This document shows, piece after piece, positions 1 through 10,439 of a DNA stretch of 37,128 nt. Numbering within the stretch: the first letter of the stretch is position 1; each line of letters starts with the position of its first letter. This DNA is from Octopus bimaculoides (lineage: Eukaryota): the NCBI RefSeq assembly GCF_001194135.2, contig NC_069000.1:2294508-2331635 (forward strand), in the 5' to 3' direction. A program made the position numbers and the translations under genes. Under the pieces are notes generated by a model. The model saw only the letters and a list, made by a program, of their open reading frames with translations, did not search any database and was not told the origin of the DNA.

Positions 1-38
<38 letters not shown>

Positions 39-290
39 CCTTTGTGTGTGCATGTATATATACATATATATACATATATATATATATAGATGCATATTTA
101 CTTAGATACATATGTATGTAATTATATATATAAGTATATATATATACGTATGTGTGTGTGCTTGTATATGATATGTACATACAACACACTCCCCAACACA
201 CATGCACAGACATAGGTCACTCACGTAACACACATACGCACACACGTACGCACACACACACACGCACACGGATACACATATTTATACTCA
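1..290. repeat. Compound (TA)n/(TG)n/(CA)n microsatellite region
   Basis: Directly visible dinucleotide runs with degenerate interruptions. Confidence 0.95.
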
Positions 291-935
291 CACACACAAA
301 TTGAGACTTGTGTATTGACGCTGTAAGTTCAGTTTGACGAAATTGGCAAGTAGCAGTAATAAAAAGCTTTGTCCTGCGGTCAGGTATTTATACATAAATA
401 ATAGTGTTTTATAACTATATTTAATGTAAGAATTATTCCAGTTTATTTTCTGAATGAATTGATATGGAAAAACAAACGAAAAGCAAACACTAGACAAATA
501 AATGGCGAACACACTAAAAAAACACAAGCAAATCATTTTCTTTATTATTCTAGAGAAAGAAGAACGCAGTGTGAATCCCAACCCGGTGTGATACTTACCA
601 TTTAATGGATATTCTTTTCATAGTACTCTATTAATTATTCATTAGGTGATTGATATTCAAGTTTGTCTTTATAAGTTTATTCCATAGTTTATAGAGGTGT
701 TTTGTGCCACAGCGAAATTGTTAAACATGTTACGTATATTAAATGCGACGTAATGGTTTAGCAGTTCTCGTCGCAATTGTATATTTTGGATTTAGTGTTG
801 CTGGATGCTGACTTTTCAATGTTTATTTTACTTTAGTTTAATGTAGATACACGTCTGCCAAGTGAAATAAACTTCATAATTACAACTTTTTTTTTGATAA
901 ACTTCGATATATAACTTGAGACTTTAATATTTATT

Positions 936-1094
936 GGCGTGACTGCAGGGTAAGACGATTGCTTCTCGACCATATGCTTTTTAGTTCAGTCCGACTGCGT
1001 GGCGATTTGGACAAGTGCCTACTGCAACGGCCTTGGGTGAGCCAAAGTCTTATGTAGTGGATTTGACTGAGGGAAACAGAAATCGGCCCGTTGT
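936..1094 (+). mobile_element. tRNA-derived SINE, family 1 (5' half, decayed)
   Basis: Head ggcgtgactgcagggtaag...ttagttcagtccgactgcgtggc resembles Pol III A/B boxes. 1041-1094 (gccaaagtcttatgtagtggatttgactgagggaaacagaaatcggcccgttgta) aligns by eye with 22099-22157. Followed by a (CA)-like run. Matches my recollection of an abundant Octopus SINE. Confidence 0.75.
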
Positions 1095-1444
1095 AAGTAT
1101 GTATTGTATAAGTAAACACACACGCACACACGCATTAGACAAAAGAAGTACCAGTGTTGACTACTTCCACTAAAACAGCAAAATGAGTATGTTAAGAAAT
1201 TTAACCCATGTAAAAATTGGAATAGAAATCGTTGTCAATGATATGCCTTACAATAAAGAACATACTCGTAGTAAGGGAAGCGTTAGAAAATGAAAGATTA
1301 AAAATCCAAATTAAGCAGTGATTGCTTATAGTTCCCAGATGGAAAACATTTGGGATTAAATTCCGACATACTATTAATGCATACCTAAAAGGAATACAAC
1401 GATTATTTCAGCGGAGATGTGAATTACGATAAATATATAAGTAA

Positions 1445-1463
1445 ATGAATATGTATGTTTGTT

Positions 1464-1510
<47 letters not shown>

Positions 1511-1555
1511 ATGTGTGTATGTATGGGTGTATGTTTGAAACTAAGAGTAAAAGAG

Positions 1556-1587
<32 letters not shown>

Positions 1588-1700
1588 TATGTGTGCGTAT
1601 GTGCATACACATTTATGTATATACGTTTATACATTTAAATACATATATACATCTTATATACATCTGTACATATGAGTATATGTGTATGTAGGTATGCTTT
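1445..1700. repeat. Compound (TA)n/(TG)n microsatellite
   Basis: Directly visible. Confidence 0.95.
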
Positions 1701-1870
1701 TATGTGTCCTTGTCAGGTGTAGTAATAAATGTACCATATCCGAAACGAGAGAACGTCGTTCAATCGTCACTGCATGAACACCTTTCATTGTTTGAAATTG
1801 GCTGAACGAATGCTTATGTAAGCAAAATGATCATATCTTTTCTAGAAGAATATAGAAAATGTGAATTTTC

Positions 1871-1905
1871 TATTACATTATATTACATTATATTACATTA
1901 TATTA
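1871..1905. repeat. 10-bp tandem repeat (tattacatta)x3 plus partial unit
   Basis: Directly visible exact units. Confidence 0.9.
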
Positions 1906-2103
1906 TTTTATAGGATCTCACTACACGATGAAATGTAAATTTATTTTTAATATATAATTTACCGAAAGGAAAACATCTATCATTTGCATCTATCCTTTAT
2001 ATTTAAATCTAAAATAGATTAAGAAATTCTATAAGAAATTCATATCTGCACAGTTAATGTGTGAGATATATCTCAAGCTGTAGTGAATCAGATATATGTC
2101 TCC

Positions 2104-2127
2104 CAATAATAATAATAATAATAATAA
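2104..2127. repeat. (AAT)n microsatellite
   Basis: Directly visible. Confidence 0.9.
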
Positions 2128-4951
2128 ATCGAAATGACTATTATTAGATTGACAATCATATCACTCCTTCAATATATTTTTGAATAATGAGGATATTTCC
2201 TGTTGCAAGCAGATGTTGATACGATGCCTCAGTGGAAGTTTATATCATACTCATCAACGTTGAACGGCCGAAACGTCATATTACTCATGTAATCTTCTCA
2301 TGCATTTCAATATCTCATTAAAAGTCAGATAATTAAATACTGATATAAATCTTCATAATTAAATTATGAACTCTTAGGATAGAAAAACGAAACTAACAAT
2401 TTGTTTATTGTTGTGTGTGTTTTTTTTTATTTCCAGTCATAATTAGAATCTCAAATGACATTACCGCTTAATGGCGTACTTTTATCCATAATATTCCGAG
2501 CAAAAATTTACATCTTCAAAGTTTATCTTCATATGTCGAGCATAAAAAAAAAAAAAATTATCATTGCTTAAGAACGATTTCTAATTAACGAAGTTAATTA
2601 AATTTTCTTACATATTACTCTCGGTTTAATTTAAGTATTTTTGTCAATGTATTCGTTTTAGCATTTTCATTTTCTAATATGCAAAGATATATTTATCGGT
2701 ATAATAAATCTTAAAAGTTGTAGCATGACAAACTATTATTGTATCATACCATAGTTTTATCAACAGTGATATCAACTTTCGTATCCTGAATGCAGAGACA
2801 ACAGTCAGTAACATGAAAAATTTCCTGTAGCCTGAATACTACCAACTATGTTTTTCTGTTATACAAAACCTGTACCACTTTATACAGAGTGATTATCTCA
2901 CATTAATTTATGCAGTTGGTCGTTTGAGAAAGCCCACAAAACTCATGGCGTTGCAGGTTCCTCTGAGCTACATTCATTTGACTGGGATATCTGCGACTGA
3001 AAATAACTCTCTTCCTCCCAGCCGTTCTAAAAATGGTCCTACATACTTCTTTCTTCTTTGACTAATTCATTGCAGAAATGTACTTAGTAAGTGGTAACTG
3101 GTATTCTAAACGGATGCCCTTAAATGAGTGCATCAAGTGTGTGTCTTCTGTTCAAACGATACTACCAGATTCCCTGATCGATGTCATTCTCCTTGCTGTA
3201 TATCGGGGGTAATGCTGTTTATCTGTTACTGCTCGAGGTCCTCCCTATATGGAAATATAAGTCATGAATATTTATTATAATCTGCTGTTGATTATTTTAA
3301 AGTAGAAATAAAATCGATTAATGAAATAAAACTGATTATTGAGTGCAAGATACTAATATTTGTAAAATCCATCGATAATTTCCATTTCTTGCTACACAAG
3401 GTCGTTTCGAGGGTTATAAAAGTCTCACTTTTCAAAAGACGTTTCTAAAATCTTGGAAAATTTCACTCGTCATGGCAACCGAACTTACATTCGGAAACTT
3501 AGATTGGATTTTATTGTTATTTTTGCCAATGTTGGCTTTCTGCAGTTTTCTCGGATTCCGGATGCCATTTTTTTCTTATTTATTTAAGTCGAGAAATGGT
3601 AATTCCTTCTGAATTTAGCTACCATTATCATTTGAATTGCAATATACATGAACCGGATTCGATAAAACAGTATATTTGCGAGCGGAAAGCATATTTGCAA
3701 AGAATAGTAGTTTTCATTATGAAGAAATGTGCAGTTGCTTGGATAAACATTAGACGTCAATGCAAAACTATAGTTTATGAACACATATTATTCAGTAATG
3801 GAGCATTACACAGTCGACAGAAAGTCATTTCTTTACTGTTCCAAGCTGTTTAGTCTTCTTTCTGTTACTGGCTTCCGTAGTAAAATACTAAAATACTTTT
3901 AGTATGTTATTAAACGCTCAAAGACCAAATAAAATACACTCTTGACATTTTGTGAGTTGCTGCTGAATATATGTTACCTGCGATCTATTGTTGTATACAA
4001 AAGATTCTCAAAAGCAATACCACCGCGTTGGGTTTGTTTGCATTTCTTATAACCTAGCTATTATACTACAACATAAAACTAGCCGTGTGAATTGCCCACC
4101 ATATTCGGGAGATGAATTGTACCATTGTGTTAACTATATTTACGTTACACAATTATGACAGCAGTCAAATGTCCGAATGATTTATATTCTTATTCTAGCT
4201 ATATAATATTTTACATTCTTCTCAAAAAATAATATTTTCTGTGTGAAACATTCAGGTTAGAGTTTTGGTGATTTTTTTCCCTTTAAGCGTTCGATTGTGT
4301 TGTAAATGATATTCAGATCTGTGCGACCAGAATCACTGCCAGCTGTTCATTATTCTTTTGATTAATGTCATTTTACGGATTGTTTATATTTGTCCACAAG
4401 TAACAAATAACAGAGAAACGATTTTGGCACATTACGTTCCGTTCAGTTGTCGATTTTTCATTTGCACATATTGTAATCCATTTCCATCACAAACTTTAGT
4501 CTCTCTAACGTAAATGTTAATACAAATGCTTATCAAAATATAGTCATCACACCTAAATAACAAACAATTTAATCGTTCAGACAGTCTTCTATTACCGCCT
4601 AATTTTATGATTAAATGCTGCACACATTTACATTTAGTCAATTGAGTCAACCTGCGCAAGTTCAACAAAATAATCTCCAATTATTGTGGCATTTTACAGG
4701 GAAGGATTATAACACGAAGGACAATAACAATTATTTATAGGATTAATTTCAAATATAAGAAATATACTTCTTCTGGTTCATTTTTTTCTCAGCCAAGGTT
4801 GCTCTGTCCCACGAAAACAATGATCAGCCACCCGATGTAGATGTGCGATCTCTCATAGATATTTAACAATAACCACAGTAACAACAATAATAACGTCATC
4901 TTTATTAACAATAACAACACTAATAATATAGATTTCAAATTTTTGCAGAAG

Positions 4952-5133
4952 AGCAGCAGTTTCATGGGGTGGGTGTATTCATCGACCCCAGCGTTCAACT
5001 GGTGCTTATTTTATCGAATGTGAAAGGATGGAAGGCAAAGTCCACATCGGAAGAATTTGAATTCAGAATGTAAAGTCTGGCGAAATGCCGCTAAGCATTT
5101 TGCTCGGTGTGCTAACGTTTCTGCCAGCTCTCC
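4952..5133 (-). mobile_element. tRNA-derived SINE, family 2
   Basis: atcgacccca...ttttatcga...gaaaggatg.aaggcaaagt...gaatttgaattcagaa...gctaacgtttctgccagctc recurs at 24476, 26536 and 33404, and in opposite orientation at 7460. The reverse complement carries A-box-like ctggcagaaacg and a degenerate B-box-like gaattcaaattc. Confidence 0.85.
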
Positions 5134-5377
5134 ATTATAACAGTATTAATAATGTTCTTTATTTAAGAATTTAAGCGATGAGGAATTATGTGCATTATTT
5201 GCATTATTTACATTATCAAATGTAACAACAAACAAGATGAGGACAAATATCCGTCAAATGTACATAATGTAGTATTAATAATATTGATTTATTTCATTTA
5301 TCTCCAGGACAACGGATGAATGGGACAATACAAAGACGGTGATAAAATGCGGGGATTTCCATAGGGAAATTCACACA

Positions 5378-5480
5378 TCACTCACTCACTCATCACTCAT
5401 TCACCCATATACTCACTCACGCACTCATTGACGCACTCACTCATCACTCACTCACTCACATTCACACGCACACGCAGCGT
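5378..5480. repeat. Degenerate (CACT)n tetranucleotide repeat
   Basis: Directly visible. Confidence 0.85.
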
Positions 5481-5635
5481 CTTTGGCTATCATTTCACTC
5501 ACAAGTCGACTCGAAGCTTTATATGAAAACAGCCAAAATTGGTAGAATGGGATTAAAAACAAGCCAGCGTAGTTGATAAGAACAATTCTTCACTTGTGCA
5601 ATCAAGACTGCGCCTTATTACCAAACAAACAAAAT

Positions 5636-5661
5636 CATAATAATAATAATAATAATAATAA
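5636..5661. repeat. (AAT)n microsatellite
   Basis: Directly visible. Confidence 0.9.
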
Positions 5662-6364
5662 AATGAATAATAAATATTGCCTCATATCTGAACTAATTGA
5701 TGCTGGTTAAACGTGGGAATAAATGTATCGAATTGGCAGTCGGGAGTTTAATAACGGTATCGGTACATATGCATATTAGAGCTCGTATTGATTATTCATC
5801 GATGTGATTGACCGATCCTCCCTTTTGTAATGTATATTCTCCATATGTTTTACTGGTCTAAATCGATATTCATGTCAATTTCTTTTTAACGCGACTAGTT
5901 TGATATAATACGATGTCTAGAATTTCTCACCTGAATAAAACCCCATTAGGCAGACAATAAAATAAATGTGTGCAGCTATAAACTTGATATACCTTCTGAT
6001 CGTTGTGTCGTTAGAGAAACTGGTGTGTAATGCAATAGATCTTACAAGGCGTCTCAAAAGTCTTTAATAATAACTTGACACGGAACGACACCAAGATACA
6101 TTAAATTATCTGAAACAGCTGAAATGTTACTTTAGCGTCGACCATCATTCATCATAGTATAAATCTGATAGATTATTATTCTCTATTGAATACTAAAGTC
6201 GATAACCTAGTGTTTACATTCCTATTATTACTACATAGGACGCCAAAGACAAAAAATCAATATAACGCTAGAAATTCTTATTGATTTCTTACAATGGCAC
6301 AAGGTCAACACACTATATGGTAAGGATAGAATCGAATGATTATTCTTCTAGTTTATTAATGGAA

Positions 6365-6450
6365 ATTATTTTATCGACCTTGGAACCCAAAAGCCATGGT
6401 CCGTATCGGTGGGATTTGAACTCAAATATTTATGGTTATAAATGAATAAT
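6365..6450 (-). mobile_element. Decayed SINE fragment
   Basis: ttattttatcgacc...gggatttgaactcaaa resembles the family 2 core and the reverse complement of a B box; short and diverged. Confidence 0.45.
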
Positions 6451-6849
6451 ACAACAACGAACTACCAATATTCTCATGAACCAACGTGAAAGCCGTTACA
6501 AGGCAATTTGATTTGATACAAATAATGCGTACATTTCTCTTGAATTATCCGCCATCTTACAGACTCCAATGTGTAGTGTAATATAAGTAACATGGCATCT
6601 GTACAAAAGAAAGGTATAAAAGACAGAATAACAGAATGCGATTCTTCATATATTTCCTAAACCAAGCTGAGTCGGAGTTAAACAACATCAATTGAGATTA
6701 ACCTCAAAATAAGTTAATTCAAGTGCTGATGTTCTTGTTTTTGTATTCCCAAGAAGTGGAAGAGATACCTCAGTCTCTCTAATGCTGGAGAACTAAGTGA
6801 ACACTGCTAAAGGTACTTTACACCATTATTTTAATACTCTGTTCCTGTG

Positions 6850-7125
6850 CACCAAAACAGTCACCAGATTTCGATGTGGTTTTCTAAAATGAAATATCAG
6901 CGAAAATCGCTTACTCTGGAAATGTGATATTAAATTTTTAAGTTGGAATTTTACTTCAGGCTGAGAGGTCTTACATTTTCTCAAAGGTGCAGGCAAAACA
7001 CAACAAATTTCCAATGTATGTGAGCATGAACATAGAGAACTTATATATATGTGAAGAGAAAGAACATTTACGAAGACGAGTGGTAAGATGAAAAACATAA
7101 ACGCACAGATACTTGAGTGAAACAT
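6850..7125 (+). mobile_element. Possible decayed Penelope-like GIY-YIG endonuclease remnant
   Basis: Frameshifted readings KCDIKFLSWNFTSG*EVLHFLKGAGKTQQISNVCEHEHRELIY and ENLYICEEKEHLRRRV loosely follow the Penelope pattern (C..C...F.F...K.F.I...MSC.S.NLIY...YIGET...LR.R). By-eye similarity only. Confidence 0.25.
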
Positions 7126-7459
7126 TAAGCATTAGTGATAAAATTTATTTTAGGTGCATATATTAGGTTATAACACATTGAAGAAGAAAATCAATCTGTA
7201 CCGTTCTAAGGTATTTGATTACATTTCTGTTAATGGCTTACTTAGGAAAATGCTACTTTGATTTTAGTACGCTGTTCATCGCTCAGAGACAAAATTAAAT
7301 GTACTTTTCACCTGTAACATACTTCGAAGGTGAAAGGCCAAATATATTGGGGTGGGATTTCAGCATAGAGATTAGTAGTTGCCAATAAATAATGTAATCT
7401 GCTATCAATCCTGTTATACTGTTATTTCTTACCAAAAGTACAATATTAGGAAATGATAT

Positions 7460-7645
7460 GGCGGCGGGATGGCACCCAGTCAAAATGCTTAGCGACTTTT
7501 CGTCCCTCTTTATATACCGAGTTCCACACACGTCGACTTAGCCTTTCATCATATCGGGTTCAAGAAAATAAATACCAGTTGAATACTGGGGTGGATGTAA
7601 TCAACTCACCTCCTTCCCCGGAATTGCAGACCTTGTACCAATATT
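7460..7645 (+). mobile_element. tRNA-derived SINE, family 2 (forward copy, internal deletions)
   Basis: ggcggcgggatggcac...aaaatgcttagcga...gtcgacttagcctttcatc...ataaataccagttgaatactggggtggatgtaatcaact is the reverse complement of the pattern at 4952-5133 and 24476-24622. Confidence 0.8.
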
Positions 7646-8465
7646 ATGAAGATATTTTAAAAATTACTGTTATCACAGCAACTTACTTTTATCACAGATA
7701 AAATGGTTTCCATATAGTAAACTCTGACACATGTGAACCAGAAAGAGATGATGGTGCACAACAAAGGAATAGGGTGTCTGCGATCACTGGTTTTTGCCAA
7801 GTACATTTAAAGAAGCTACAACTAACGGAATGAACAACCGACTATACAATTACACTTAAAAGACATTATGGAGGGGGAGAGGGTGACCAAATGGCCTTCA
7901 GCAGAACATCGAGTCAAACTTGAAAGCACATCGCCGCGGATTAAACCTATTAACCGCAAGAATATTCTTGCAGCACATTAGAAATAAAGAAACCCAGCAA
8001 CGTAAACGGCACTTCTCGGTCGTAAGTATTATCTCACACACCACAAAACGCCTTTCATCACTCATACAAAACCTACTTTATCAACACAAAGCGTTACCTG
8101 AATATATAGCGAGAACATTTCGAATGAACAATGGCGATTGTTATTCCACCGTTCTTTCACATCTTTTATGCGATAATTAAGTGGATTTTACCAAAATTCA
8201 AGAAGTTATTGAAGAGCTGAAGCACTAGAATGGCACTTTGTTCCTGTATATTTTTCCCTTTCATTTTACAGCAATATTCGTATATCCTTATCTTGGGCAC
8301 CACTTCAATTATCACATTAAAGAAACAACTACATGTTCTTATCCTCTCTTAAAGATAACGGCAAGATTTTGCTTAAATTATATCCAATTGTCTTTAGAAA
8401 CAATACACTACATAAAATGATTCTGAATACAAATTTAAAAGGAAGATGGAATTACAGCTGTTTTT

Positions 8466-8470
<5 letters not shown>

Positions 8471-8500
<30 letters not shown>

Positions 8501-8685
8501 NNNNNNNNNNNNNNNNNNNNNNNNNNNNNNNNNNNNNNNNNNNNNNNNNNNNNNNNNNNNNNNNNNNNNNNNNNNNNNNNNNNNNNNNNNNNNNNNNNNN
8601 NNNNNNNNNNNNNNNNNNNNNNNNNNNNNNNNNNNNNNNNNNNNNNNNNNNNNNNNNNNNNNNNNTATATATATAGATATATATA
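8471..8685. other. Assembly gap (N 8501-8665) flanked by (TA)n
   Basis: N run with TA repeats on both sides, typical of a collapsed microsatellite. Confidence 0.98.
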
Positions 8686-8989
8686 TCATTCTGTGTCAAC
8701 AGTTTGCCAATAGACGTCATTGATGAGGTAAGAAGAGGTTTCAAGATTTTGAGTTTTGGTTCTTGATAAATGCTTCGGTACACGAAATTGAAACCTTTGG
8801 TTTTTATTTTGAAAGTAGATCAATAATCAGAATTTCTGTCTGCTTATGCTTTGATAATCATGTCTTATTATAAATAGCATTTAGTCTGAAGCGTTTGTTT
8901 ATGAAAAGAGGAATGGCCTATGTAATATTCATAGGTGACCTTACATCTTAGCTTAAGCGTGATAAGATTCTGTATGATATGATAAAGAC

Positions 8990-10420
8990 TGTTAGATATT
9001 CCAAGTAAATTCATAATCACCATTTCTGTTCGCTATTGATTTGATATCCCTCCCTTGTATTATAGAAAAAGCCATTTAGCCAAACGAAAAAAGGGGGATA
9101 GACTATGCAATATTTCATGGATAACCTTAGACTCTACTCCAGGCATGAGAACTTACTGCATTCTATGATAAAGACGTCTAGAAATTTCAATATTGGAAAA
9201 AATGTTTGATATTGGCAAATGTGCGGTGTTTATAATAAAATATGAACGTCATAAATAATGACCCATTCCGATACAAAGTCAAGCAGATCAGCAAAGAAGG
9301 GCAAAGATCATGAACAGTTCAGAGGACTGCAGGAGCATAATGAGAAGGGAGCGAATTGAAGGAAATTAATTTGAAAGGAAAAAATAGAGTAGAATACTAT
9401 TTGAGAGTAAGAAGGTTCTTAGGAATAAGATGAAATGAAAGGAATATTTGTAAATGAACAAGCACTGGGAATATAGCAATATTGATATATTCTGCAGCTT
9501 CCCTTGTGTAGTTGCAACATCAAGTTGATGTATAGGTACATCAGAAAGCATTTAGAATCATGCAGTGGCTTACATCGATGCAGTTATACTGGTTTCGAAC
9601 ACAGCGCAATATTTACGACAAAGTAAACTTAGCTTTTATAAAACTAAACAGATGGCATAGGAAAATTACTCAGAAGCTTATATGTACATCCATTAATGTC
9701 AGTGATAAATACATAGAGAGACAAAAACACAAACAAAAGAGAAGAGAATCAATGAAATCCTGAAAATTCAGTATTGAAGATTTGTTACGCAAAGTAGATA
9801 TGATGGGAAAGAATCAATTGGATTGGTTGAAACTAGTATAGTATATAAGTGAAACCAAATCTTACATTATGACTAGAGTAGAACTAGCGATTAGAATAAA
9901 AAGTGATGGTAAAATATATAACAAAGCAACCGAAGAGAGCGTAATTGTTGAGTATGTGGCAACGTAAACGAAGATCTAAATCATATATTCTGTGTAAACG
10001 TAGGAAGTTGTTTGAAAAGCAAAAGTTATGATAATGGAAGTGCAAATGATATATCTAGAAGTTAGTAGACATTTTGATTCAAATTAGATTACGAAAAACT
10101 ACTAGCGCTGACTATTATAGTAAATTTCTATTCTACGAATCTGTGAAATGTATCAACGCAAAATGACTGTAACCTACGCAAAGCAATCAGATACAATAAT
10201 TATAGGGGAAAATAGCAAAATATGACAGATTAGTTTATTGATTTTGTTCTGCATTACGTAAACTAAAACGAGGTACGAGGAATATGAACATAGAGAAAGA
10301 TATTGGAAAAATAGAAAAAGGTATCTGGACTTGACTTGGCCACTGATATAATAATATTCTAAGAATGCAAATACAAATATGGTCCCTATTTTATCGAAAT
10401 GTCCGCGACAACGCTATAAA
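8990..10420 (+). mobile_element. Old Dong/R4-clade non-LTR retrotransposon remnant (RT C-terminal half, CCHC zinc knuckle, REL endonuclease)
   Basis: Collinear decayed motifs in the expected order: IFQVNS*SPFLF (8996-9031; cf. IFQGDSLSPLLF); FMDNLRLYSR (9114-9143; cf. FMDDLKLYSR); FDIGKCAV; EYYLRVRRFL...NERNI...AILIYSAA; DWLK...ETKSYIM...ELAIR; C*VCGNVNEDLNHI (9946-9987); KQSDTIII; KRYLDL...MVPIL. Many stops and frameshifts. Confidence 0.85.
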
Positions 10421-10439
10421 ATTGATATCAATTAAGTTT

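Larger units (their letters stand above)
2740..6110 (-). pseudogene. Candidate decayed exons (approx. 6110-5993, 5930-5690, 4720-4437, 3880-3489, 3254-2740), product unidentified
   Basis: Minus-strand blocks with AG/GT-like boundaries (e.g. ttttattcag|gtgagaaa at ~5930, ccgaat|gtaagt at ~3489, atttccatatag|gga at ~3254). Translations look protein-like but are riddled with stops (NLMYLGVVPCQVIIKDF, YAYVPIPLLNSRLPIRYIY, QKELPFLDLNK). Stop density is near random, so support is weak. Confidence 0.3.

Noticed and set aside
591-599. atacttacc, identical to the U1 snRNA 5' end
   Set aside because: No further U1 sequence follows; it is simply the reverse complement of a consensus splice donor (ggtaagtat).
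6986-7000. GAGKT, Walker A-like
   Set aside because: Lacks the upstream G of GxxxxGKT, has nearby stops and no Walker B; likely chance.
7790-8180. Weak Penelope-like or REL-LINE-like fragments (TFKE.YN, RKRHFSVVSII) and the 86-aa ORF
   Set aside because: Competing interpretations need several frameshifts and give inconsistent motif order.
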